Positions 36,002 through 46,722 of a DNA stretch of 64,000 nucleotides are shown here, piece by piece. The DNA lies in the NCBI GenBank assembly GCA_964399675.1, contig CAYNRK010000005.1, positions 766-64,765 of the forward strand, read 5' to 3'. A program made the position numbers and the translations under genes. Source of the DNA: an uncultured Gammaproteobacteria bacterium. GTDB lineage: Bacteria; Patescibacteriota; Patescibacteriia; UBA9934; GWF2-40-263. Positions within the stretch are counted from its first letter, which is position 1, and each line of letters opens with the position of its first letter. The notes beneath the pieces are model-generated. The model saw only the letters and a list, made by a program, of their open reading frames with translations, searched no databases and was not told the DNA's origin.

Positions 36002-36733
36002 TCAGCTCCTAGTAGTATGTTTTTTAAAAAATCCCTGACGTCCAGGTAACTCTATTTTCCAATTAAAAAAATATTGACCAGCCAGATCCTTGCGAACATA
36101 GAAAACATTTCCTATATGCAGAACAGGAAAGTATCCAGCTGAATCCATAATGTTGATTTGTTTTTGTAGATTTTTGTCAGACGAGGAGTCTATTTCGGCA
36201 ATAACAAAAAAGGGACAGAAACGATTCCAATCAATGGCGCTTAATATTTCATTATCACTACCGTCGGTATCAATAGAAAAAAAACCAATCTCTTTTGGGG
36301 TGTTGAATTTTGTGAGTACTTCGTTTACTTCTGTTATTGTTGTCTTTTGATTTTGGAAATGTCCGTGCCAATTAATAGTCCCTTCTTGTGTTGTTTTTTC
36401 TCCAACAGCCATTTTTGATAAAGCGATCCCGCTATGGTCTTTATACAGCTCTTCAAGTTTTGCAAAAGTTGGTTCATTAGGTTCTATTAATAGGCCGTTG
36501 AATTGATATTTTTCAATAAGCAAACGGCTGTTACTAAATTCAATACCATCGCTTGCTCCTATATCGATGATAAAGCGTGGGATCAGAGGAACTTTATTTA
36601 AAATAAATTCAATAACACCATCCTCTCCATTTTGGGAATATATATTAGATCGAAAAATCGGAAAGGCTAAATGTCGATTCTCTATACCAAAACAGGACAG
36701 GATTATTTTGATGGTTTTTTTAAATTTAAACAT
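36002..36733 (-). CDS. FkbM-family methyltransferase
   Basis: ..RFIIDIGASDGIEFSNSRLLIEKYQFNGLLIEPNEPTF.. matches the typical FkbM core. Confidence 0.6.
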   Translation of the reverse strand: MFKFKKTIKIILSCFGIENRHLAFPIFRSNIYSQNGEDGVIEFILNKVPLIPRFIIDIGASDGIEFSNSRLLIEKYQFNGLLIEPNEPTFAKLEELYKDHSGIALSKMAVGEKTTQEGTINWHGHFQNQKTTITEVNEVLTKFNTPKEIGFFSIDTDGSDNEILSAIDWNRFCPFFVIAEIDSSSDKNLQKQINIMDSAGYFPVLHIGNVFYVRKDLAGQYFFNWKIELPGRQGFFKKHTTRS

Positions 36734-36737
36734 ATAT

Positions 36738-37754
36738 TTATCGGAACGGGTTATGTCGTTTTAGTATCCAACTATCTTCAGATGAAGAATATTCAAAAAT
36801 CTTGTAACAGTATTTCGACAGAATAGGAACATGACAAAAAATTTTATTTGGAATATTTGTGAACGCAAAACGGAATAATCGACATAATCTATAGAGATAC
36901 GCCAGAGTTTTTTCTTTTAATGGAACAGCTTGCTTCAATTCCTTGAGATAAATTTCGCTTGGTTCAAGAAAAGCCATGATGTCTTTTACTGTCTTGCTTT
37001 GTTCTCCTTTGCGAAAGGCTCCAATTGGTGTTGCTGCATGGTAGTGTTCCGTGTGTTGAAAAAACCGTGTCCAGAGCTCTGTGTCAAACGCCCATTTTTG
37101 ATCCTCAATTAATTTTCCACCCGATTTGTTCCACAACGATCTTCGGAAAAATGTCGATTCTTGTTGGATTATTTTCCAGTTACCAACAAGGAAGTCATAG
37201 AGATGTTTGAGGCGCAACTTAGAGTTTATGATTTCGGAGCGTTTATTAATGGTTGTTGCCATGCCGGTCATCCATTCGACTTCAGGATGTTCTGTAAAAA
37301 TTTTCGCAATAACAAAAAGACTGTTTGGCAAAAGAACATCGTCACTATTGAGCCACATCAGGATCTCTCCAGTTGTTTTTTCAAATCCTTTGTTAAGTGT
37401 AATGACAGGGGTGTCTCGATATCCAGTTAATCGTTCTGCGCACGATAGTTGATCGATGTATTGACTGATGATTTCCCAGCTATTGTCGGTGCTGCCATCA
37501 TCATAAACAATATATTCAAGGTTCGGATATTTTTGAGACAAGATAGACTCTATTGTCTCAGCGATGAAATTTCCATGATTGTAACAAGTGGTTACAATTG
37601 AAATTTTGGGGAATTTTATGGCATCCATAAATATTATGTGCACCAGAATATTTAGAAGATTGTGTATATAAACGGAGCTATTGCTGAGCTTTCTGCAAAT
37701 ACGATAACAATTCCGATCATAACAAGCAAAACAATTATTGGGCCAATCCACCAT
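36738..37754 (-). CDS. Glycosyltransferase family 2
   Basis: ISIVTTCYNHGNFIAETIESILSQKYPNLEYIVYDDGSTDNS. Confidence 0.75.
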   Translation of the reverse strand: MVDWPNNCFACYDRNCYRICRKLSNSSVYIHNLLNILVHIIFMDAIKFPKISIVTTCYNHGNFIAETIESILSQKYPNLEYIVYDDGSTDNSWEIISQYIDQLSCAERLTGYRDTPVITLNKGFEKTTGEILMWLNSDDVLLPNSLFVIAKIFTEHPEVEWMTGMATTINKRSEIINSKLRLKHLYDFLVGNWKIIQQESTFFRRSLWNKSGGKLIEDQKWAFDTELWTRFFQHTEHYHAATPIGAFRKGEQSKTVKDIMAFLEPSEIYLKELKQAVPLKEKTLAYLYRLCRLFRFAFTNIPNKIFCHVPILSKYCYKIFEYSSSEDSWILKRHNPFR

Positions 37755-37852
37755 TTTTTATGTTCTTTCATTAATATCCAAATTTCTGCAAAGATTGAAA
37801 GCTTGCTTTTTTTTATTTTGTGCCAAAAGTTTTTCATATGCATTGTTTTCAA
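37652..37852 (-). CDS. Small hydrophobic membrane protein (hypothetical)
   Basis: 66 aa with one TM segment (WWIGPIIVLLVMIGIVIVF). Overlaps the GT2 5' end, so the call is uncertain. Confidence 0.25.
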   Translation of the reverse strand: MKTMHMKNFWHKIKKSKLSIFAEIWILMKEHKKWWIGPIIVLLVMIGIVIVFAESSAIAPFIYTIF

Positions 37853-39061
37853 TTATTTATACAAAATACCACGCTCTATTAAATTATTTGCAACGTGCTT
37901 GGCAATCACATTGTTAAAATAAGGAGTGTAGTGAACCGCATCAACATACAAGTTACCTTCTTCTGCTTCTTGAAGACTCGATAGATCTAAAAAGTTTTTT
38001 TGTAATGCCTCATGTTTTTCATCAACCAGCTTTTGCATCAGTTCATACCCTTTGCTTGCCCGACTTCCCATTCCATAAGGATAAAACAAATGTTTTTTTC
38101 TTTCGTACTTATAGGTTGGGGTTGGCTGCCAAATAAATAATGTCTTGAATCCAAAGTTCATTGCAATCGATTCAATGATTTTTTTGTTAATTAGATAACG
38201 CTGAATCGTTAACTTTAAATTTTCATCAGAAAGCTCATTGTCTTCAGAAGCATCAGCATCTTTCGTTTCTTTATTGGAAATTTTTCGCATAACAGACGCT
38301 ACGGCTCTGTTTACTGGTAAGCGCGTGAAGATATCTTTTATCTCTTTTAAAATGATTTTTTCATGTCTTAAGCTTCCCTGGGTTTTAAACATCTCTGTAA
38401 GTTTTTGAGTTTTTTTGGTTTGAGTGGAAATTTTAGTTGGAGCATAGTCATAAGAAAGGTCATTAATTCCATCAATAAAAATTACAACATCCGGATTAAA
38501 TCCTTTCTCTAAGAGGATTTCTAAGAAAATCCTTTCCTGGGTGCTATAAAAGGAACCAACACCAAAATTGTAAATTGCAATATCTTCCATTTTGTCACGC
38601 AGTTGTTCTTGAAGCTGTGATGCAATGGTCTGGTGATCTGCAACTCCTGCTCCATAGGTTGTTGATCCGCCAAAAATGAAAACATTAATATTTTTTTCAC
38701 TTGGTGGCCATGAAGCTTGTTTTTTTATGTACCGAAATCCTTCCTTACTAATATTCACGTATTTACCACTATAACTAGTGTGCATGACTTGTGTGTATGG
38801 GTGATATTCTAATTTTGGATACCAATTTTCCTTGAGAAGTTCGCGAATCTCTTCGTCAGGGAGCTTGGGATAAGCAAGCCTCGCTTTATCAATACCATAA
38901 GATAATGCTCCTGGATTTTCTTTGTACTCCTCATCAGCTACGAAGTATAATAAACCAAGAATCAAATTTAATATAAGAAATATAATAGAACCAATAATAA
39001 GAATCAAAACAGAATCATAAAACAACCGCCTTCCTTTTTTTTCTTTTATTCCGTTCTTCAT
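37853..39061 (-). CDS. Membrane-anchored SGNH/GDSL-like hydrolase (candidate polysaccharide esterase/acyltransferase partner)
   Basis: N-terminal TM. GDS-like block FIFGGSTTYGAG and a DGINDL block in the typical SGNH order. Confidence 0.45.
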   Translation of the reverse strand: MKNGIKEKKGRRLFYDSVLILIIGSIIFLILNLILGLLYFVADEEYKENPGALSYGIDKARLAYPKLPDEEIRELLKENWYPKLEYHPYTQVMHTSYSGKYVNISKEGFRYIKKQASWPPSEKNINVFIFGGSTTYGAGVADHQTIASQLQEQLRDKMEDIAIYNFGVGSFYSTQERIFLEILLEKGFNPDVVIFIDGINDLSYDYAPTKISTQTKKTQKLTEMFKTQGSLRHEKIILKEIKDIFTRLPVNRAVASVMRKISNKETKDADASEDNELSDENLKLTIQRYLINKKIIESIAMNFGFKTLFIWQPTPTYKYERKKHLFYPYGMGSRASKGYELMQKLVDEKHEALQKNFLDLSSLQEAEEGNLYVDAVHYTPYFNNVIAKHVANNLIERGILYK

Positions 39062-39121
39062 AATGCTATAAAACCTTCAGGTGGGTACACTGAGTGTATA
39101 ACTCACTAACCCATTAAGGTT

Positions 39122-40165
39122 ATGTTAAATACTAAAGAGTATGTTGGTGTGGATCTGCACAAGAGGTTCTTTGTTGCACACTTCACCAACGAGAAAGGTC
39201 AACAGTCTCAGACAAAGAAGTATGAGACCAATCGTGATGAGATTGAGGTGTTCATGGACGACCTTCACCCGCAGGCTTCTATTGCAGTGGAACCGGTAAG
39301 CCAGTGGTCCTGGTTCTGTGACACACTTGAGCGTGAGGGGTTTGACACCCATCTTGCTCATCCTATGCAAGTAAAGGCCATAGCCAATGCTCGCATTAAG
39401 ACAGACAAGATCGACGCCAAAGTCCTGGCAGATCTGTTACGGTGCAATATGCTTCCTGAAGCATATCAGTCTCCACTACACGTTCGTGAGTGGAAAGAAC
39501 TCACAAGACATCGTGTGTCTTTTGTACGTCAGAGAACACAGAACATGAATAGAATTCATGCAATTCTGTTCAAGAACGCTCTTCACTATGAAGGAAGACT
39601 TTGGGGAAAGACGGGAAGGAAATGGCTCAAGGATCAGGATCTTTCAAACCATCACAAGATGTTGGTTGGCGAACACTTGCAAACCATAGATGAGCTCAAT
39701 GCACAGATAGACAGGATTGCAACAATCATTCAGACAACCGTGGAGAACCACGAGGGAGCAAAGCTCCTTACCACCATTCCAGGCATTAGCTATATCTGGG
39801 CTCTCACCATTATGGCAGAGATTGGAGACATTGCTCGTTTCAAGAAGGCCAAGAAGCTCATGAGCTATGCCGGGCTTGTGCCTTCAACATATTCATCAGG
39901 AGGAAACACCAGGCATGGCAGGATCACCAAGAGAGGATCTAATTGGCTTCGTCTTGCCATGATTGAAGTAACGCATGTACAAGGAAGACTCAGAAAGAGT
40001 CATGGCCTTAGGTGGTACTACAACAAGATGAAGACAAGAAAAGATACAAAGACAGCAGCCGTTGCGACTGCCAGAAAACTTCTGGCAGTCGTCTGGACCG
40101 TCCTTACGGAGAATCGTCCATATGAGGACCGTCCACGATCTGGGAATAGTGAAGTGCGCACCTAA
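39122..40165 (+). CDS. IS110-family transposase (DEDD RuvC-like N-domain + Transposase_20 C-domain)
   Basis: N-terminal YVGVDLHKRFF (DEDD_Tnp_IS110-like). C-terminal ..LLTTIPGISYIWALTIMAEIGDIARFKKAKKLMSYAGLVPSTYSSGGNTRHGRITKRGSNWLRLAMIE.. is the canonical IS110 family C-domain. Confidence 0.9.
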   Translation: MLNTKEYVGVDLHKRFFVAHFTNEKGQQSQTKKYETNRDEIEVFMDDLHPQASIAVEPVSQWSWFCDTLEREGFDTHLAHPMQVKAIANARIKTDKIDAKVLADLLRCNMLPEAYQSPLHVREWKELTRHRVSFVRQRTQNMNRIHAILFKNALHYEGRLWGKTGRKWLKDQDLSNHHKMLVGEHLQTIDELNAQIDRIATIIQTTVENHEGAKLLTTIPGISYIWALTIMAEIGDIARFKKAKKLMSYAGLVPSTYSSGGNTRHGRITKRGSNWLRLAMIEVTHVQGRLRKSHGLRWYYNKMKTRKDTKTAAVATARKLLAVVWTVLTENRPYEDRPRSGNSEVRT

Positions 40166-40353
40166 TAATATTCACCCGCTCTGCGCGTTAGGTGCTTTTC
40201 ATAATTGTGCGGTTTCACTCACCCCACCAGCATTCTGTGGTATGACAGTCTCTTTAAAAGACAGTCTGACTTTAAGAGTCACCACGTATCGGTAACTGGC
40301 AGATCGCCCTTCTTTTAGAAGGACGATGCTGACCCAAGAATCTTTAACGACCT
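40166..40353 (+). ncRNA. Candidate IS110-family bridge RNA locus (3' non-coding end of the IS)
   Basis: Inference only. IS110/IS1111 elements encode a structured guide (bridge) RNA in their larger non-coding end. This ~190-nt region is rich in local dyads (gtctctttaaaagacagtc, gactttaagagtc). Confidence 0.25.
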
Positions 40354-41546
40354 CTGGCCGTCGCAACGGCTGCTGTCTTTATAATATCTTGAAATGAACT
40401 CATCTGAGTTTTAGAACATTCATATGCTCTAAGACTCAATGAAATCAGTTCGTACTTATCCACTGGACAGGTTTTATCGGTATTATTTGAGGATGAAGAA
40501 ATTTTAAGATCCAATAGATTTGTAAGTTGTTCCCAAGTATTTTTTTTATTGAATCGTTTTGTGTCCATTATTGCTTGTGGCCGTATCTTATTCAATTCAT
40601 TCTCAGGAGCATTGATTGCCTTATCAATTTGAGATAAAAGGGAATTTTGGTTTCTGTCCTTAGCTAAAAAGCAGTTATCTTCATTCATCCATTCTAGTCC
40701 TCCTCCCATAGCAAAACCAATGACCACGCATCCCAACCAAGCGGCTTCCACTGGCGGCATTGGAAATCCAAGCAAATGTCCTTTAGGAACAATCCAGTCA
40801 TTTTTGTTTTTTAGTATCTCACGGAAATCAGATGAGATCATATACTTTATTCCTTTTTTGATTTGATGTTTCAATTTTGGTTTTTCAATACCATCGTCAG
40901 TGCTGATAAAATATTTGTGACAAAGAAGCTCTTCAAAAAAATCGCGCTCATGAAATGGTTGGGTTAAAATGGTAATTCTTTCTCGACTGGAAAAATGTTT
41001 TTGTATTAGGGGGATATATTTTTGACCTCGTCTTGCCAGAATTAATATTCCATCTCGATCCAACTCGGCTCTTTCCTGAAACTCTTTCATTGTTGGCGAA
41101 TCAAAAAAAGGATGAACAATAGACATTTTGAGATTATGGTTTTTCTGAAAATAATCCCCACACGCTTTGCTTACATTCCAATGTTGAGTGTAAGGATTTC
41201 CTTGGCAAAACACACTATCCCCAATAGTTAGTCCGCCTTTTGGAACAGACGCACCATGCTGCCAGAAGACTCGTGTTTGATTCCTTTTTTGAGATGCAAT
41301 ATTAACCAACCTTTTGTCTGCCCAAAAATCTATCGTAATATCTTCTTTTTTTAGTTGAGAAGAATATTCTTCAATATTGATTGTTTTTGCAGGTTGATCA
41401 AGAAATGTTGCTTTTTGAGAATTATCTGCACAAACAACAAAACTTTCAAAACCATGTTCTTCAAAGAGCACGGCAACTTGATTCATCACTTTGACACCAC
41501 CACTTGGCTTGTTTGAAGGGCCGGTGATAAAGATTTGCATATTCAA
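40344..41546 (-). CDS. Glycosyltransferase-like protein whose 3' end is replaced by IS-derived sequence
   Basis: 400 aa. GT-B-like C-terminal region (..[19 protein letters not shown]..). The last residues ..[13 protein letters not shown] are encoded by the inverted-repeat copy of transposase codons ([12 protein letters not shown]), so the IS inserted into this gene's 3' end. Confidence 0.5.
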   Translation of the reverse strand: MNMQIFITGPSNKPSGGVKVMNQVAVLFEEHGFESFVVCADNSQKATFLDQPAKTINIEEYSSQLKKEDITIDFWADKRLVNIASQKRNQTRVFWQHGASVPKGGLTIGDSVFCQGNPYTQHWNVSKACGDYFQKNHNLKMSIVHPFFDSPTMKEFQERAELDRDGILILARRGQKYIPLIQKHFSSRERITILTQPFHERDFFEELLCHKYFISTDDGIEKPKLKHQIKKGIKYMISSDFREILKNKNDWIVPKGHLLGFPMPPVEAAWLGCVVIGFAMGGGLEWMNEDNCFLAKDRNQNSLLSQIDKAINAPENELNKIRPQAIMDTKRFNKKNTWEQLTNLLDLKISSSSNNTDKTCPVDKYELISLSLRAYECSKTQMSSFQDIIKTAAVATARGR

Positions 41547-42553
41547 AGCACAACTCCGTTCATTTGATCTTCCAAAAGTTTTTTATCCTCATCTACCATT
41601 ATTTTTACTAAATCATGAAATTTCATTTTCGCCTCCCAGTTTAATTCGTTTTTTGCTTTTGTAGTATCGCCTATGAGCACATGTGCTTCAGTGGGACGAA
41701 AGTAACGTTGGTCAATTTCTACATAGTTATTCCAGTCACCTAATCCGGCACAACGAAACGCTTCCTCAACAAATTCTTTTACAGAGTGAGTTTCTCCTGT
41801 TGCTATTACGTAGTCATCAGGTTTGTCTTGTTGCAACATTAACCACATGGCTTCGACATATTCTTTTGCATAACCCCAATCCCGCTTGGCATCAAGGTTT
41901 CCTAAGTAAAGTTTTTTATCCAACCCCGCTTGAATCCTTGCTATACCACGAGTGATTTTTCTTGTTACAAAGGTCTCTCCTCTGCGCGGAGATTCATGAT
42001 TAAACAAAATACCATTACATGCAAACATGTCGTAAGCATTTCGATAATTTCGTGTTGTATGATAGGCAAACACTTTTGCGCAAGCATATGGGCTTTGGGG
42101 ATTAAAACGAGTTTCTTCATTATAAGGTGGGGCAGAAATTGGATTCCCAAACATTTCACTGGAACTTGCCTGATAGAATTTCATTTTTGGATTTACAACT
42201 CGAATGGCATCGAGCACTCTTAATGTTCCAAGTCCGGTAACATCACTGGTGTACTCTGGGATATCAAAGCTAACACGTACATGACTTTGAGCCCCAAGGT
42301 GATAAATTTCATCAGGTTGAATTTTAGTCAAAAGAGCAAGAAGGGTGCCCATATCTGAGAGGTCTCCATAATGCAGATGAAGTCGTCGTTCGCTTTCATG
42401 TGGGTCTTGATAAATATGGTCAATTCGAGGGGTGTTCAATGTGCTTGAACGGCGAATTAGCCCATGTACTTCGTATCCTTTTTTTAATAAAAATTCAGCA
42501 AGGTATGAACCGTCTTGTCCTGTAATGCCCGTGATAAAAGCTTTTTTGTCCAT
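41543..42553 (-). CDS. gmd: GDP-mannose 4,6-dehydratase
   Basis: [27 protein letters not shown].., the catalytic YxxxK region and other Gmd-specific blocks ([25 protein letters not shown]). Confidence 0.92.
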   Translation of the reverse strand: MDKKAFITGITGQDGSYLAEFLLKKGYEVHGLIRRSSTLNTPRIDHIYQDPHESERRLHLHYGDLSDMGTLLALLTKIQPDEIYHLGAQSHVRVSFDIPEYTSDVTGLGTLRVLDAIRVVNPKMKFYQASSSEMFGNPISAPPYNEETRFNPQSPYACAKVFAYHTTRNYRNAYDMFACNGILFNHESPRRGETFVTRKITRGIARIQAGLDKKLYLGNLDAKRDWGYAKEYVEAMWLMLQQDKPDDYVIATGETHSVKEFVEEAFRCAGLGDWNNYVEIDQRYFRPTEAHVLIGDTTKAKNELNWEAKMKFHDLVKIMVDEDKKLLEDQMNGVVL

Positions 42554-42632
42554 AGAGATTAAATATCAATACTAATCTTGATTATTCGCATGAGTTCAAT
42601 CCTATACGTACTTGAACAAAAAATCAACAAAT

Positions 42633-43712
42633 TTAAGCAACAAATTCCTGGAATCCGAGTTGGTCTTTGATTTCCAAAATTTGTGCAAGTAAAGAGAGTC
42701 CCCACAAAAACAGAGTTGTTCCATGAATGTCGGGTTCGGCAAGTCCTTTAGTGATTGTTGCACCATAATAATGATCATTTGATCGTTTTTCAAAAAAAGA
42801 AAAACCACCGTGTTCAGGCCAATAGAATTTTCGATAGGAGGACAAGAGCTTAGTTGCAAAGTCTTTTATCTCCTTGTTTCGATATTGATATTCTGTTGCT
42901 TCATTTGCATATTTTAAAACATAGATAACATTGAAATTGTCACAGGCGTGTTTATTGTTTTTTGTCTTAAGCGCCAGGTCAATGAGTTTTTCTGCGTAAC
43001 TGAATCTCATTTTGTTTACAGCGCGCAAGCCTGTTAGAATTTTCATGGCTCCGTTTATCTTTTGTTGTAATGAGGGATCGTTTTTGTACCATGCACCTGT
43101 TTTAGGATTTTGAATCGATGATATCCAATTGATTGCATAATCTATAAGGTGATTTTTATTTGAAAGATCGCTGTTTGCAAGAAAAAATAATAAATGTGAA
43201 AAATGACTTCCAGCAGCCCATGGCTTGGTCCAATTCAAGACAGAGAGGTAAGTGCGTATTTCTTCTGTTGACTTTGGAAATTGTTTTGGATAGATGTCTG
43301 GTTTTTCATCTAATAGTTTTAGTGCGGATACTGCTTGACGGGTTTCTGCTCGTATTGTTTGTTGATGAAAAAAGTTATTAAAATCATTATGCTTGATTGC
43401 TGATAACTTCTCGCGCCAAAAAGCTTTTTGTTTTACAAGAGGATCGAAGATAGTTCCATCAGACTTTTGAAAACTCTTGATAAGGTTTGCCATGTCTTTG
43501 CGATCTTGTTTTGGTAATTTGTTTAATAGATTAAGTGTATAGAAACTCTTCACAGCAAAGACTGTATTACCCAATCCCCAGTGAGTATTTTCATCATACA
43601 GATCACCTGAAAGCGAGTAATGAAAAAAACCAGGACGTTTTTTTCCTTTAAGACGCTTGAGAAAGAGTAGAGCCTCTTTTTTTAAATTTAATAACCAATC
43701 GATGTCATTCAT
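42633..43712 (-). CDS. Hypothetical protein (possibly alpha/alpha-toroid fold)
   Basis: 359 aa with a repeated aromatic/Gly pattern (HWGLGNTVFAVKSF, KPWAAGSHFSHLLFFL, KTGAWYKNDPS). Function unknown. Confidence 0.35.
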   Translation of the reverse strand: MNDIDWLLNLKKEALLFLKRLKGKKRPGFFHYSLSGDLYDENTHWGLGNTVFAVKSFYTLNLLNKLPKQDRKDMANLIKSFQKSDGTIFDPLVKQKAFWREKLSAIKHNDFNNFFHQQTIRAETRQAVSALKLLDEKPDIYPKQFPKSTEEIRTYLSVLNWTKPWAAGSHFSHLLFFLANSDLSNKNHLIDYAINWISSIQNPKTGAWYKNDPSLQQKINGAMKILTGLRAVNKMRFSYAEKLIDLALKTKNNKHACDNFNVIYVLKYANEATEYQYRNKEIKDFATKLLSSYRKFYWPEHGGFSFFEKRSNDHYYGATITKGLAEPDIHGTTLFLWGLSLLAQILEIKDQLGFQEFVA

Positions 43713-44758
43713 GAAGACTTGTTAAATTTTGATGCGAAGCGATAATAGCGTAATAGTAGATCCATTTTCGTTATGTCGGTTTTTGCATAAGCCCCTTTTT
43801 TCTTCTTTATTGAATGAAAAAGAAGAGAGTATTGATTACACATTTTATTGTTTGTATTTGGATAGTTTTCCATTTTTTCTGCAATAAAATCAAATCGATC
43901 AACGAGTTTTTTTAAATTTGGGATAATGTCATTTTTGTTATTAAACATTACGCCATACCCATCACAATATTCTGGCAGTGCACCACTGTTTCTATAAAGA
44001 AGCGGAAGACCACATAAAGCTCCCTCAATGTGATGCATGCCGGCTGGTTCATTCAAGGACGCTGTTATATATACATCACACGACTGAAGCATCTTTGCAA
44101 GGTCTTTTCCTGATCTGGGGGGATGGATTTGGATACGCTTTACCTCTATATTTTTGGGTGCGTTCCCTATGTAATGAAATTCAAATCTATCACCCAAATT
44201 TGTTTCGTTCAACATACGATCAATATACAAATAAACATCCCATCCTTTTTTCCAATTTCCACTCCAATGATGTGTTACAAGTCGTATTTTTCTGTCTTTC
44301 GGCAGCTGCCTTTTTTGATAAGTAAAGATATTTGGGTCTGCACCATTTTTAATAACTGATTGACTTTCTGTAAAGGTGTGCTGAGCTTGAAGCAGACGAG
44401 CAAGCCAGGACGAAATAAATACAGTATGATCAGCAACCGTATTTGCCAGGGCGAGTTGTTTGTTTGTTGTTTTGGTTCCTTTCCGTTCATCGCACTCATT
44501 GGTGCGATGAACCACAATAACATTTGGATTGACATTCCGAATATATTTCATAATTTCAACAGGGCCAAAGGAAACAGATTTGAGTGATGTTCGCGGATCG
44601 GTCATAAGAACGATGTCCAGATTTGGTTCGTTTAAATCAAAAAAAATCTCATCACCTTTGCTTTGGAGATACGAGGAAAGCGATTTACCAAATTGGTTTC
44701 CTCCACCAAAGGATCCGTCTTGCAAATGCATGCCAAAGGCGATTTTCATACACAGCAT
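43709..44758 (-). CDS. Glycosyltransferase family 4
   Basis: ..ITASLNEPAGMHHIEGALCGLPLLYRNSGALPEYC.. (GT4 EX7E-type motif). Confidence 0.7.
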   Translation of the reverse strand: MLCMKIAFGMHLQDGSFGGGNQFGKSLSSYLQSKGDEIFFDLNEPNLDIVLMTDPRTSLKSVSFGPVEIMKYIRNVNPNVIVVHRTNECDERKGTKTTNKQLALANTVADHTVFISSWLARLLQAQHTFTESQSVIKNGADPNIFTYQKRQLPKDRKIRLVTHHWSGNWKKGWDVYLYIDRMLNETNLGDRFEFHYIGNAPKNIEVKRIQIHPPRSGKDLAKMLQSCDVYITASLNEPAGMHHIEGALCGLPLLYRNSGALPEYCDGYGVMFNNKNDIIPNLKKLVDRFDFIAEKMENYPNTNNKMCNQYSLLFHSIKKKKGAYAKTDITKMDLLLRYYRFASKFNKSS

Positions 44759-44761
44759 TTT

Positions 44762-46471
44762 TTAAGCCACTCTTGAATTTTTTGAAACCATATAATTTTC
44801 CATAAACAAATAATCTATATCTGTGTTTAAAAAGCACTTTATTGCATCAGTTGGAGTACATACAATTGGCTCACCGCGCACATTAAATGATGTATTAATA
44901 ACAACCGGGCAGTTTGTGAAGTTTTCAAATCGTTGTATTAGGTCGTAATATTTTTTATTCTCATCACGATTTACTGTTTGCAGTCGTGCAGAATTATTAA
45001 CATGTGTGACTGCAGGAATATCAGGTCTTTTTACAGGTGCGGTTATTAGCATAAATGGATTTGGGCATGAACCATCAAAATATTCATGACTACGATCTTC
45101 AAGAACTGATGGAGCAAATGGGCGAAAACTTTCACGAAATTTCACTTTTAAATTAACACGCTGCCAATTTTTTTTGTCTCTTGGATCAGCCAGGATCGAA
45201 CGATTACCTAAAGCACGTGGTCCATATTCCATTCTTCCTTGAAACCACCCAATCACATGATTTTTAGCAAGGAGTAAAGCAGCAATCTCAATAATTTCAT
45301 CTTGACTTTTTTTCAGAAATGGAATCTGCATTTTTTTGAGAGAACGTTCAATCTCTTCATTTGAAAATGATGGTCCTAGAAACGCATTTTTCATTTCATT
45401 CTCTTTTGGATTTTTTAAAATTGCATGCCATAAATATAATGCAGCCCCCAAGGCCCCACCCGCATCTCCTGCTGCAGGTTGAATGAAAACATTTTTAAAT
45501 TGTGAGTTTTTTAAAATTTTTTCATTTGCAACACAGTTAAGCGCCACCCCTCCTGCAAGACACAGATTGTCACTGGGATGAATACGATAAGCGTGTTTGA
45601 TAATATTTAATACTGCTTCTTCTAACACGCATTGCATACTCGCAGCAATGTCTTTCTCTTTTTGTGTAAGAGGTGATTCTGGCTTTCTGGGTTTTCCATC
45701 AAAAAGTTTATCAAAGTTTGCATTTGTCATTGTTTGTCCGTAAGTATATGCAAAATATTTTTGATTGAGAGAATAACTTCCATCATCGTGTAGTTGGATC
45801 AGTTTTTTCACTTTGTCATAATATTTTTCTGGATTTCCATAAGGTGCCAGTCCCATTGCTTTGTACTCTCCACCGTTTACCTTAAATCCAAGGTAATATG
45901 TAAGCGCAGAATAAAACAGTCCCAACGAATCAGGAAAATTTATACATTTTGAAATTGACAAATCTGAACCATGTCCATAGCCGATCGTGGTTGTCTCCCA
46001 TTCGCCCACACCGTCAATTGTCACAACAGTGGCTTCATTAAACGGAGAAACATAAAAAGCACTGGCTGCATGTGAAGTATGGTGTTTTGAAAATAATATT
46101 GGTCCGTTGTAATTGAGTCTTTTTTGAATTATCTGTTTAATCCATAATTTCGATTTTAACCAAACAGGCATTGCTTTAAGAAACGAAAGAAAACTTTTTG
46201 GCCATGAGGTTATGAAAGTTTCAAGGATTCTTTCAAACTTTAAAAGAGGTTTGTCGTAAAAAATGACGTAATCCAGATCATCTATTTTGATTTGAGCTTC
46301 ATGCAAACAATAATCTATTGCATTTTTTGGAAACGAATCATCATGTTTTTTTCTTGTAAAACGTTCCTCTTGAGCTGCTGCAACAACCTCTCCGTTTTTT
46401 AAAAGAGTAGCAGCGGAATCATGATAAAAACATGAAATGCCTAAAATGTATTTTGCTTTTTTATAATCCAT
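44762..46471 (-). CDS. Carbamoyltransferase (NodU/CmcH family)
   Basis: N-terminal YILGISCFYHDSAATLLKNGEVVAAAQEERFTRKKHD (Kae1/YgjD-like carbamoyltransferase N-domain). 569 aa with a C-terminal carbamoyltransferase domain. Confidence 0.85.
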   Translation of the reverse strand: MDYKKAKYILGISCFYHDSAATLLKNGEVVAAAQEERFTRKKHDDSFPKNAIDYCLHEAQIKIDDLDYVIFYDKPLLKFERILETFITSWPKSFLSFLKAMPVWLKSKLWIKQIIQKRLNYNGPILFSKHHTSHAASAFYVSPFNEATVVTIDGVGEWETTTIGYGHGSDLSISKCINFPDSLGLFYSALTYYLGFKVNGGEYKAMGLAPYGNPEKYYDKVKKLIQLHDDGSYSLNQKYFAYTYGQTMTNANFDKLFDGKPRKPESPLTQKEKDIAASMQCVLEEAVLNIIKHAYRIHPSDNLCLAGGVALNCVANEKILKNSQFKNVFIQPAAGDAGGALGAALYLWHAILKNPKENEMKNAFLGPSFSNEEIERSLKKMQIPFLKKSQDEIIEIAALLLAKNHVIGWFQGRMEYGPRALGNRSILADPRDKKNWQRVNLKVKFRESFRPFAPSVLEDRSHEYFDGSCPNPFMLITAPVKRPDIPAVTHVNNSARLQTVNRDENKKYYDLIQRFENFTNCPVVINTSFNVRGEPIVCTPTDAIKCFLNTDIDYLFMENYMVSKNSRVA

Positions 46472-46477
46472 ATTTAT

Positions 46478-46711
46478 TTAAGATTGATGAGATACTCTTT
46501 CCATACTAGGTGGTTCATGTGATACTTTTCCCCAAGTGCTTTGTTTTGATTTTTTATTGATACAATGAATTCCTTTACGTATAATTGCGACAAAGCCTAG
46601 AATAAAAAAATAGAAAATACTTAACAAGATTTTTGTATTAACTCTGCCTAATAAGTTAGCAAATTTCATCCAGGTGAATTTGATCAGAGAGAAAGTATTT
46701 TTTAAAGACAT
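46478..46711 (-). CDS. Small membrane protein (hypothetical)
   Basis: 77 aa with one TM segment (ILLSIFYFFILGFVAII), next to the carbamoyltransferase gene. Similarity to SxtJ-type small partners is speculative. Confidence 0.25.
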   Translation of the reverse strand: MSLKNTFSLIKFTWMKFANLLGRVNTKILLSIFYFFILGFVAIIRKGIHCINKKSKQSTWGKVSHEPPSMERVSHQS

Positions 46712-46722
46712 AATTACAGTTT

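Larger units (their letters stand above)
39062..40380 (+). mobile_element. IS110/IS1111-family insertion sequence
   Basis: ~1.3-kb GC-rich block inside an AT-rich glycan locus. Encodes a DEDD/IS110-type transposase. Only ~60 nt of non-coding sequence upstream of the transposase but ~190 nt downstream. 24-bp inverted repeat (1 mismatch) at 40051..40074 / 40354..40377. Confidence 0.75.
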
